Source: Squalus acanthias
Taxonomy: Eukaryota
NCBI GenBank assembly: GCA_030390025.1
Contig: JASTWF010000360.1
Span: forward strand, 310,001 to 374,000
Direction: 5' to 3'
DNA: 64,000 nt
The number at the start of each line of letters is the position of its first letter. Positions within the stretch are counted from its first letter, which is position 1. Positions 22,895 through 32,256 of this stretch are shown piece after piece. A model generated the notes under the pieces. That model had not been told where the DNA came from and made no database searches. It saw only the letters and a program-made list of their open reading frames with translations. The position numbers were made by a program, and so were the translations under genes.

Positions 22895-24682
22895 ATGGCG
22901 ACCGCGGCAGGACATTGGAAGCGAGAGAATAATGTGTTAGACCTTGGTATGATTGGGCGAATAGCAGATTATGTGTTCAGAAAAGTGAATTTGACCAAGA
23001 AATGGATAAGTGACCTGCTGGTGGATAAGCGTCCACTAGAGGCAGCCGAGAGGTGGACAGATAGCAAGGAACATAAAAAGGTAGTGGAGAAAGCGGTCTG
23101 GCTGACGTGCTATAAAAGGCAAGTCCAAATTTCGGACCAGGTCATCTTAGCGCAGGCAGCTCAGATCAGGAGTTTAGAGGTGGAAATGGACGAGAAGGTC
23201 GAGGGGGGGCAGCAGCTCATCACGACTTTAAATGCGTTGCATAAAGAACGCCAGTTAGTCGCCAACCACCATGAAGCAAAGATAGATTACCTCGAGTGCC
23301 AGGTCACTGAGGCAAAGTTAAGTGAGGGTAGATTAAAGGAACGATGTGCCCGCCTAACTGCCCAAATAAAAGCCCAGGAAGAGAGCTTAACGGGGGTTAG
23401 GGCAACATATAAGATGGCCCTCGAGGATAAATTTCAGGGGGCCGATCACAGCGTCTGCCAAAAAGAGATAGGGAACCTTAAGCAGGCTTTGAACAAAGCG
23501 CACGGCATGGTGTGCCTTATCAGCCCGTCAGCACACCAACCGCTAGTGGATGAGGGATTTCAGAAATCCCCACCGAACAAAGCAGAGGAAGTATTAGCCA
23601 CTATGCCCTCCGCGCCACCCAGCTATTCGGCAACCTGGGTAAGGGAGGAAGTGGTAGAAGTAACGAAAGAGCCCACTGAGGTAGAAGTGGAACCGGGACC
23701 GTTGTGTCCGGTCACGGGTATCAAAAGGGGCCCAAACAGAGCAGGTGGGGAAGAAGGGGATCTCCTCAACCAGCTTGTGTTGCCTCACAGCTCACACCAG
23801 CTGAGGGTTATGATCAGTCACGTACGGAAGCTGGCCGAGTCAGACGACCCTTCCGTACATTTCAGGGAAGTAGAGCAAACCGCAGCCATTAACGGCTGCG
23901 ACGATGGGGAAAAAGCTAAAATGCTGTTATTCTCACTAGACAGCTTGATCCTTCAGTGTCTCTCAGACGAGAGCAAGAGGGGAACTAATACCTATGGGGA
24001 ACTAAGAGATGAGGTCCTAGAAGTGTTGGGAATGGACGATGAAGGTCCGTTCGTTAGATTGGGACAAACAGTGCAGATGGAGGGAGAACCCCTGAAGGTT
24101 TTCGCCGACAGGCTGTGGCCAGTATACCAGCGTAGCTGCCCAGGTGCGCCCGAGCGCGTCGATGTGGAAGGCGTCGGTTTAACTCATTGGCTCAGGTGTA
24201 TAGTAGCCAACAGTTTGCCAGCCGTCAGGGAGCAGGCAAAAGCGTGGTTTGATCCCACTGACCCCGTCACTACAGAGGAGTCGGTCCTAAATCGACTCAC
24301 GGTAGGGTACTGTAATACCAGGGGTATGGGAGCACGTCCCCTTAAGGGAAAGGTACATGAGGTACGACCCGCAGCCCCGGCTCAAAAGGAGTGGCATCAG
24401 GAGGGTAACCGCGCCCCGCAGGCCAGCAATGCTTGTTACGGGTGTGGGAAGACAGGGCACTGGCGCAAGAACTGCAGGAACCCTTGGAAGGATTCCAGGG
24501 ATAAAAATTCCGCAGCCCGGGCCCAGGCGCCTGTCTCTGATGAGGGAGCTAGTGCACCCATCCATCCCGACGCGATCGAATCAGTGTTGGGAGCCATGCG
24601 CAACCTAATGAGTGCGCATGGAAGGGTGGCGGTTGCTACCGGCCCCGCAGGTGCCACAGCCCCGTCCAATAGTACCCAATGA
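22895..24682 (+). CDS. gag: Gag (coiled-coil N-terminus, PSAPPSY late domain, capsid-like region, one CCHC zinc knuckle)
   Basis: Open frame from ATG 22895 (MATAAGHW). CYGCGKTGHWRKNC at 24434-24475. Confidence 0.93.
   Translation: MATAAGHWKRENNVLDLGMIGRIADYVFRKVNLTKKWISDLLVDKRPLEAAERWTDSKEHKKVVEKAVWLTCYKRQVQISDQVILAQAAQIRSLEVEMDEKVEGGQQLITTLNALHKERQLVANHHEAKIDYLECQVTEAKLSEGRLKERCARLTAQIKAQEESLTGVRATYKMALEDKFQGADHSVCQKEIGNLKQALNKAHGMVCLISPSAHQPLVDEGFQKSPPNKAEEVLATMPSAPPSYSATWVREEVVEVTKEPTEVEVEPGPLCPVTGIKRGPNRAGGEEGDLLNQLVLPHSSHQLRVMISHVRKLAESDDPSVHFREVEQTAAINGCDDGEKAKMLLFSLDSLILQCLSDESKRGTNTYGELRDEVLEVLGMDDEGPFVRLGQTVQMEGEPLKVFADRLWPVYQRSCPGAPERVDVEGVGLTHWLRCIVANSLPAVREQAKAWFDPTDPVTTEESVLNRLTVGYCNTRGMGARPLKGKVHEVRPAAPAQKEWHQEGNRAPQASNACYGCGKTGHWRKNCRNPWKDSRDKNSAARAQAPVSDEGASAPIHPDAIESVLGAMRNLMSAHGRVAVATGPAGATAPSNSTQ
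22896..22913 (+). promoter_or_regulatory. Primer-binding site, tRNA-Arg(TCG)
   Basis: TGGCGACCGCGGCAGGAC is the reverse complement of GTCCTGCCGCGGTCG-CCA, the 3' end of a vertebrate tRNA-Arg(TCG) as I recall it. It starts 5 nt after the LTR. Confidence 0.85.
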
Positions 24683-27600
24683 CTCGAGCCCGCACAGCCC
24701 GTCTACCTGTGTCCACTCAGCTATGATGCGTGGAAGCGACCCCTGGTGGAGATGGAGGTAGAGCAACAGAAGGGTAGTTATTTGTTGGACACGGGAGCTT
24801 CTTGCACCGTGATTCATACAGATAGCCCTTTTGACTCACCGCTATCTACCAAGGTCCCATTCACATTAGCGGCGTTCACGGGAAAAGAACAGGCTGGCGT
24901 GTTCTCCCTTCCGCTATCCATTCATTTAGGAGCACTCCACACCACGTGGAAGTGCATACTGATGAAATGGCAAGAGGGGGGTGGGAGAGGTATCCTCGGG
25001 TCCGATCTCCTATCGGGGCACGGGATCCTCGTGGACCTCAGGAATCACTGTCTCTGGGGGGATAAGGGTGAAGAAGGCGAGGTAGTGGTAATTCCGGGGG
25101 AGGAAGGTAAAGGGGCCCTGTGTACCATGAAGCCATCTGGAGGCTACGACCTCGGGCTTATGGTCGCAGATGTCCCAACGGACATGCAAACGTACGTGTC
25201 AGATAATATGCACGCGTTTGCAACCCACAAGCACGATTGTGGGAGGGTTACCGGGTTTGAGGTCAGCGTAGATGGGGACCCCATGACCCGGCCCCAAAAG
25301 CAGTATAACTTCCCCAAAGAAGCAGAACCCGATATGGAGACAGCAATGTCCTCCTTGGTGCAGCAGGGCGTGTTGAGGCCGATAGCCACACACGTGAACT
25401 CCCCATTATGGCCGGTTAGGAAGCCGGATAATTCGTGGAGGGCCACGGTGGACTACAGAGTCCTTAACAGTAACATTCCCGCCTGCGCACCCACGGTAGC
25501 AGCAGTCGCTGACCTAATAGGGAGTATCCCAGCGTCCGCGACCACGTTCACGGTGCTGGATATCTCGAACGGTTTTTGGTCCATCCCGCTGCGGCGAGAG
25601 GACCAGTACAAGTTTGCCTTTACTTTCAAAGGACAACAGTACACATGGAACTGTCTGCCACAGGGTTTCCACAACAGCCCCAGTATTTTCCATCAGTGTA
25701 TGGCAGGAAGTTTAAAGGAGTTTAGTCAGCCCAATCAGATAGTGCAGTACGTGGATGATTTGCTCCTATTTACGGATTCAAGGGAGGAGCATGGACCACT
25801 GCTGGCCGAGTTATTGGAGCTGCTAGCGAGAAAGGGTTTTAAAGTGAACCCTAAGAAAGCACGTATCGGTCAGCAGGAAGTAAAATTCCTGGGGCTGACC
25901 ATTCGCGCTGGGGAAAGAGCCATAGATAAGGCTAGGAGGGAGTCGGTGCAAGAGTTACCGATTCCCAACACCATAAGGGGTGTGAGGTCCTTCTTGGGAC
26001 TGACCGGTTACTGCAGGGATTTTATCGAAGACTATGCGGCCACAGCGGCGCCGCTGCTCCGACTCCTCCATAAGGGAGTGGAGTGGTCTTGGGACGAGTG
26101 CTGCCAGGCAGCCTTCGAGAAGTTAAAAAGGGATTTGCAGACCGCGCCAGCTTTAGGGGCCATAGATGGGGGGAAGGAGTTTTTCCTGGAGGTAGCTGCC
26201 AGCGGGGACAGCTTGAGCGCTGTGCTGCTCCAAGAGCGTCACGGCAAGCTGAGGCCGGTTGTCTATTCGACCAGGGTGTTAACGGATGTGGAGAGAAGTT
26301 TCTCCAATTGCGAAAGGCACCTTTTAGCCACGCATTGGGCTGTGAAAAGATCAGCGATCTTCACAGGGCTCTCTCCCATCACTCTCCTCACCCATCACAC
26401 ACCAACTAAGATGCTTCTAGATGGGAGGATTAAAGATGGGACCGTAAGCAGCGTGCGTATTGCGCGCTGGACCCTTCTTCTTTCCCAGATGGATCTTAGA
26501 GTTAAAGGTCTTTGCGAGCCCAGGCTTGCGGCCAATTTGGTATACCCCGGTACAGCCCACCAGTGTTCGGTGGAAGGGGTGTGGGAAGTCAACATAGGTT
26601 TGCGGGCCGGGATACATCCCACTGGGCGCGAGATTTATGTTGATGGTTCCAGCACAGTGTCCGCTGGCGAACGACTCACAGGGTGCGGAGTTTATGACCC
26701 TGCGGCAAACCTTGCCCTGGCGATTAAGCTCCCCAGCACCATGAGCGCGCAGCAGGCTGAGCTGTCTGCAGTGGTGTACGTCGTTACCCACCCAGAAATT
26801 TTCCCGACCCCATACACGATTTGCTCGGACAGTATGTTCACATGCAATTCGTGTACGGAATACCTGTCCATTTGGTCCCGCCGTGGATACACCTCCGCGG
26901 ACGGGCGACCTTTAATGGTGAAGCCCTTGCTGGAAAAGATCCTAGCAGCAGTAGGGGAGGAAGGGGAGATTTTCATCCATAAGGTGAAGGCTCACTCCTC
27001 CACAGAGCCCCGTGGGGAGGGCAACCAGCAGGCGGATGCGCTAGCCAGGGAGGGTGCCCGCAACGGCATTTTCTGGGACCCCTATGGGCCCAGACCCATG
27101 GCAGCGATCCAAGGCAGGGACGGGAATCCCGGGAACACCAGGGTAGCATTGCCCCTAGACCTTAAGACCGTCCAGAACCAGGATCCCGCCCTAAAAGCAG
27201 TCCTCAGAACCCTTGCTGAGGGGAAGCAGGTAGAGGGTCCGTACAGTACGGCAACCCTCTCAGTTAAGGAAGGCATGCTGTTCCGCGAAGAGCAGTGGGT
27301 TGTGCCACAGCAGCACAGGAGGGAATTCCTCCAGTTGGCTCACGAGGGACCGGGGGCAGGGCACCCCGGGCCCGAGGTTACCTGGCAACGGGTAGAGCAA
27401 GCGGGATGGTGGCCGGGGCTCAGAGAGCAGGTCCGCGAGTTCTGTGCAAGCTGTCTCGTGTGCGCTGCAAACAACCCAGACCCCCAGAAAAGGAAAGTGC
27501 CCATGGGGCACGTCAGGAGGGTAGAGGGACCATGGCAGTCGATACAGATCGACTATATAGGGCCCCTGCCCACCACCCAGGGAGGCTATAAATACTGCCT

Positions 27601-28807
27601 CGTCTTGGTGGATGTGTTTTCCAAATGGGTGGAAGCCTTCCCCTGTAGAACAGCTACGGCACTGGGTACTGCAAAAATCTTGGTCCGGGAGGTGTTCTCG
27701 CGGAGGGGACTCCCCCGTTTTGTGGAGTCAGACCAAGGGAGTCATTTCACCGGCCAGGTGATGCAGAACACCCTCATGCTTTTGGGCATTGAAGGGAAAT
27801 GGCACGTAGCGCACAATCCCCAGTCATCCGGGATTGTTGAACGCATGAACCGGACCCTGAAGGAAAAATTGAGGAAAGAGACTATGAACTCGCCCCAAAA
27901 ATGGGCGGAGGTTCTGCCTTTAGTCCTCATGGGGGTCCGGGCCAGTCAGTCGAAAAGTACGGGGTATTCCCCGCACGAGGTGATGACTGGGAGGATCATG
28001 CGAACCCCCACCCATGTGCTAGCGCCGGTGCTCACTGAGGGTCAGCTCCAAGAGATAAGCAGGGACAAGTTCGTCCAGACCCTCTTGGAGCGCCTGAAGC
28101 AGGTTTATGAGCAGGCGGCTGGGAACATGGGAAGGCAGCATCAGGGCAATCGCCTGTTGCTGGAACCCCGCAAAACGCGGGAGTGGGAAGTAGGAGACCA
28201 GGTCATGGTCAGAAACTACGCCAGAGTAGGGAGTCTGGAACCACTGTATATGGGACCCTACAACATTGTAGATAAGGCGAGTCCCATGGTATACGCCGTA
28301 AAGGTACCTCGGCGCACTAAGTGGTTCCACGTAAATCAGTGCAAACTGTATAAGCCAGGTGCACAAGGGCCAACCACAGGGGCCAAACCTGCGAGTGGGG
28401 ACTCGCAGCCCCAGGTAGGGCCACAGGGCACACAGGCAGGCAAAGCAGCTTGCATCAGGGGAGAGGACATCCTGGAAAATTGTGAGACATTTTTGTGGGG
28501 TTGGGAGTCAGATGAGGATAGTGAGGATAGTGAAGATAGTGAAGATAGTGACACAAGCGAGGAGGAGCTGGAATCGGAGGACGAAAGGGTCGCCCCCGAT
28601 TCAGGTATAGGGGGGACAGGGGCTGCAGATAGAGATCCACAAAGGGTGGAGGCCGAAGCTGCAGGTCCCGAACACAGGGGGGGAGGAGCTAGGGGAGGCG
28701 GAGCCGGCCGCTGTGGTGGGACCACAGGGCGTGGCGATGGAAGCCTCAGAGCCCGAGCCGCCCGCCTTGAACGTCTTGCCCTCGAGGGAGGTAGGGACTG
28801 CGAGTGA
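24683..28807 (+). CDS. pol: Pol: protease, RT, tether, RNase H, integrase (true end probably 29177 after a +1 slip in G7 at 28677-28683)
   Basis: LLDTGA; LDISNGF, LPQGF and YVDD; degenerate RNase H (FFLEVAAS...CERHLLA); IYVDGS/AQQAEL/SDS/KVKAH/GNQQAD; HHCC, QIDYIG, ESDQG, QSSGIVER and GPY. Same frame as gag. Confidence 0.95.
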   Translation, partial: LEPAQPVYLCPLSYDAWKRPLVEMEVEQQKGSYLLDTGASCTVIHTDSPFDSPLSTKVPFTLAAFTGKEQAGVFSLPLSIHLGALHTTWKCILMKWQEGGGRGILGSDLLSGHGILVDLRNHCLWGDKGEEGEVVVIPGEEGKGALCTMKPSGGYDLGLMVADVPTDMQTYVSDNMHAFATHKHDCGRVTGFEVSVDGDPMTRPQKQYNFPKEAEPDMETAMSSLVQQGVLRPIATHVNSPLWPVRKPDNSWRATVDYRVLNSNIPACAPTVAAVADLIGSIPASATTFTVLDISNGFWSIPLRREDQYKFAFTFKGQQYTWNCLPQGFHNSPSIFHQCMAGSLKEFSQPNQIVQYVDDLLLFTDSREEHGPLLAELLELLARKGFKVNPKKARIGQQEVKFLGLTIRAGERAIDKARRESVQELPIPNTIRGVRSFLGLTGYCRDFIEDYAATAAPLLRLLHKGVEWSWDECCQAAFEKLKRDLQTAPALGAIDGGKEFFLEVAASGDSLSAVLLQERHGKLRPVVYSTRVLTDVERSFSNCERHLLATHWAVKRSAIFTGLSPITLLTHHTPTKMLLDGRIKDGTVSSVRIARWTLLLSQMDLRVKGLCEPRLAANLVYPGTAHQCSVEGVWEVNIGLRAGIHPTGREIYVDGSSTVSAGERLTGCGVYDPAANLALAIKLPSTMSAQQAELSAVVYVVTHPEIFPTPYTICSDSMFTCNSCTEYLSIWSRRGYTSADGRPLMVKPLLEKILAAVGEEGEIFIHKVKAHSSTEPRGEGNQQADALAREGARNGIFWDPYGPRPMAAIQGRDGNPGNTRVALPLDLKTVQNQDPALKAVLRTLAEGKQVEGPYSTATLSVKEGMLFREEQWVVPQQHRREFLQLAHEGPGAGHPGPEVTWQRVEQAGWWPGLREQVREFCASCLVCAANNPDPQKRKVPMGHVRRVEGPWQSIQIDYIGPLPTTQGGYKYCLVLVDVFSKWVEAFPCRTATALGTAKILVREVFSRRGLPRFVESDQGSHFTGQVMQNTLMLLGIEGKWHVAHNPQSSGIVERMNRTLKEKLRKETMNSPQKWAEVLPLVLMGVRASQSKSTGYSPHEVMTGRIMRTPTHVLAPVLTEGQLQEISRDKFVQTLLERLKQVYEQAAGNMGRQHQGNRLLLEPRKTREWEVGDQVMVRNYARVGSLEPLYMGPYNIVDKASPMVYAVKVPRRTKWFHVNQCKLYKPGAQGPTTGAKPASGDSQPQVGPQGTQAGKAACIRGEDILENCETFLWGWESDEDSEDSEDSEDSDTSEEELESEDERVAPDSGIGGTGAADRDPQRVEAEAAGPEHRGGGARGGGAGRCGGTTGRGDGSLRARAARLERLALEGGRDCE

Positions 28808-29451
28808 AGGGCCGCCTACTGGGCCAAGTAGGGCGGTGCCACAAGCTGCAGATCCCGAGTTCAGGGAGGCGGAGTCAGGGGAGGCGGAGCCAGCGACTAT
28901 GGTGGAACCACAGGTCGCCACGGTGGAAGTCTCGGAACCCGGTCCGTCGGTCCTGGAGTTCCTGCCCCGGGTAGCTCTCCGTAGGTCAAGTCGGAAACCC
29001 CAGCCCAGAAAGATCTGGGTAAGTCCCCCATATGTCCCCAGACGTAAGCTCAAGGCTAAGGCAGCCCAGGGAGATCCCAGTCCCAGCGCAGCAGCAACAG
29101 GCTGCGGCAGATCAAAGGGAGGGGTCAATGCCCTCCCACCGTCGGGAAAAGCTCGTGGCAGCCTTTTCAGAATTTAAGTAGGCCGCCCTGGGAACGGGCG
29201 GCGCTGTACAGTTTAAGGTTAAGAATAAGTTTATAGTTTTAGATAAGGTTATAAGTCGGTAGTTTAATTTTGTTTAATAGAAAGAAGTAAAATGATGGGA
29301 GTTTTTAGAGATAGGATTAGTTAAAGTTTATCCAGCGCACATGTCTTCTTACGTGAGGCGAGGTCAGGGGACCCGCTCACCCTTCACAAAAGCCAGAGAC
29401 TCTTGCGAGGCTGGCTACCTCATTCTATCTGATCACAGGAACCAAGGAAGG

Positions 29452-31802
29452 ATGGAACGAATTCTAGTATTGCTCGCGGCAATCGGATGTGGATTGGCCT
29501 ATCGAGGCCACACCAAGGATGTCGTGGTGTTTGGATGCTCCGGGGATACGGCCCCCATCGCGGTGGATGGGACCGGAAGACGAGAGGCCGAGGAGACCAC
29601 CACCTATTTCCACAAGGGAAGGTGGCCAGGATGGCTGGGAACGAACTCAACTGAGTATTCCAGCACATCGGGTTTTGCCTACCAAGAGACTTCTTTACTG
29701 TGCCCCAAAGTAAGGATCATCGCACCCAGAATCAGCGTCACCGTCGGCAAACGGATTTGTTTGACTTGTAATGGGAATGTCCCATTGAGCCGATGGTGGT
29801 GGCTACGAAAGCTGAGCAAAAACATGAGGAACTCTTCGGTCGAGTGGGAACGACTGGGAAATAATACCCATCGGACAATTACGGGGACAAACGGACAAGT
29901 GAGAGTCTGTTGGGACAAATGGTGGGAACCGGATGAGGGAATTTATGTATGTATGTGGGGGTCAAAGTACGTTTGCCCCAAAGGCATCTCCATATTTTTC
30001 ATTAATCAATGGCAGGATAACGGACAGGGGATGAGGTGGGATGCAAGCACCAGGGGGTGCGGAGCCCCATTCTCCCCGATCCCGGTAAATGCCACTGAAC
30101 TCATTACGCGCCCACGCAAAGCCCCGCCCACGATTCCGGTGGTTCTAGCTAAGGAAGAAGGGTGCCCTAAAACCAGTAAGGGACCCGGGAATGGTTTGGT
30201 ACTGGTCCCCACAGACCAGATACTATTTCAGGGGGTACATTACGCGGTGGCCTCGGTGATTTTAAATCTCACCGAGGTGCGGTTACCAGAGTGGTGCCCC
30301 AAAAAGACGGAACAGTTATATCAGGTCCTGTTGACCAAGATGTTCAGACAATTTTATGAGTTCGATTTCGCGGAAATTGATAAAACAAGTTTGTACACCG
30401 CACCACATGAAGTTTTGGATCAGGTGGGGAGGCAAAGAAGGGGTGTTGTGAACGACGTGTTCACTGCTTTCAACACAGGTACATCTGTGGTCAACGCTCT
30501 AGACAGCGTGGAGCTGCAGACCCAGATTAATGGCTTAAAAACGCAATTAAAAAGCATTCTCACAGATGAAAATAAGGTGGTTGGGTCTGGGTTACACGAG
30601 GACCAGGCCATGACTCTCCATTTAAAAGAAATAATAGCTGAACTAGAGAAACACGCGAGAACGGTAAATGCCCTGATCAGGGAAGATCGGAATGCGTCCG
30701 ATCAGGCTGCACAGAATGAGGTGTGCGTGCTTTACGGGGCGTGGTTACTGGGCGAGGGCCGCAGTAATTTGGAGGATTTAAAACAAGGTTTGGTCCCGTC
30801 CTGGATAAGTAACAAACACCTGCGGGCGCTCCACCCTTTTCAGAACACATTAAGCCCGTGCCAGCTCAGGCTAGCTTCAGAAGCATACCCAGTCCCCGTG
30901 GACTGCGGACGATCAAACCATACTATCATGGGTATAGTATTACGTATGCCGGTTTTGGGCGACACAACAAAGCCCGCCCCGGTGTATCGGGTAGAGAACA
31001 TTGGTGTCATTCAGGGGGGAGCCCACATTCGCTATGCAGCGGTTCCACCTTACGTCATCCGCTGGGAGCAAACGATGACAGGTACAGATCTCTCTGGTTG
31101 TCGTGGCCGGGGAGCACACATAATACTGTGTCCCCAGCACTTGAATGCCTTTTTAACACCACAGTGCGGGTTCAGGACGCTGGCGCCAAGCCCATGAATT
31201 GCACCATGGAGGCAATGGCACAAGATCATGTGCCTCCGCAGGTAGCATACATCGGGGGTGGAACATATTGTGTTACCACTGCAGCGCAACACTACCAACA
31301 TGGAAACCGTAGCCGGTGTCCGGTGAGTGACAGCAGTTTCTGTTTTAAACCCAGGGCGGAAGTTCAAGTAGCACAACAGCGAATTGTCCCAATCCCTGAA
31401 CCATCCACGGTTCATCTTACCGTAAAAGAGAACTTCACCGACCTGCAGCAATTCGTCGCGCATTTCGGATACCTCATTCCCCCTCTCCCTGAACACCTCA
31501 CCAAGCTTTTGAAAGCCGTCGCGGTGTCGCAAAAACATTTTTACATACTAGAACAGAAGACTGTCGAGATAGGGACAGACATTCTGGACATAGTAATTCC
31601 ACCGTGGTGGAATCTGTTCATCAACATTGAAGTGCCTTCCTGGATTAGAATAGCCTCCCACATTTTAGTTGTATGCCAAGTGTTTATTGTGGTATACTTA
31701 TTGGTCGTGCATTGTAAGAGAGGCAAACGCCTCACCAAGAATGAAAACACGGGAGAGTGGCGAGAACGTTACGTGCGCGTGCACGATGAAAGCACCGTGT
31801 AA
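29452..31802 (+). CDS. env: Env: signal peptide, Ig-like domain, furin site, class I fusion ectodomain, TM (1-nt deletion at 31179/31180)
   Basis: MERILVLLAAIGCGLA, LTC...W...DEGIYVC, RQRR|GVVNDVFTAF, heptad repeat, Cys-rich region and TM HILVVCQVFIVVYLLVV. Split over ORFs 29341-31197 and 30858-31802. Confidence 0.9.
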
Positions 31803-32246
31803 TCGGAAAAAATGGCGTCACTCCCGTTTGCCACGTGCGCCTCGGAAGTGTTGTAATCGATCGCGATTTTTCTCAGAAACTGTAATTACGTTTGGAACTC
31901 GACATGTTTAAGAGTTGGTTGTGATTATTTTTGGTGATGGTGTTGTTGTTGAATATGATTGTTTGGTTTTGTTTGTGTTTTTTTTTCTCCTTGAATAAAA
32001 AGTGTGAATATACAGGTGGTACGAGAGGCATCGGCCTGGTTACGCCTGGAAGGAAAACAAGTGGTGTAAGTTTTAAAGGCAAATGCTGCCTGTGGTGTTA
32101 TAAGAATGTAATTTTCCTGGGAAATAAGGACGACGCAAAGACCCTAGATAGTTTAAGTTATGGGGATTTTTCTGGATCTGGAGAAATCGAGATAATATTG
32201 CTCACCACAATTTTTTTGATACGATAAGCGGAGTTATTCGCATCAA

Positions 32247-32256
32247 CAGGAGGGAC
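32247..32256 (+). promoter_or_regulatory. Short polypurine tract
   Basis: CATCAACAGGAGGGAC|TGTAG abuts the 3' LTR, and is identical in the outer provirus (20031-20046, minus). Confidence 0.8.

Noticed and set aside
28713..29177. Separate accessory ORF between pol and env
   Set aside because: It is the frameshifted integrase tail and is in frame with IN in the outer provirus.
29341..29451. 37-aa N-terminal Env extension (foamy-like leader peptide)
   Set aside because: The outer copy has an upstream ATG but stops in the corresponding stretch. A conserved splice acceptor and signal peptide point to ATG 29452.
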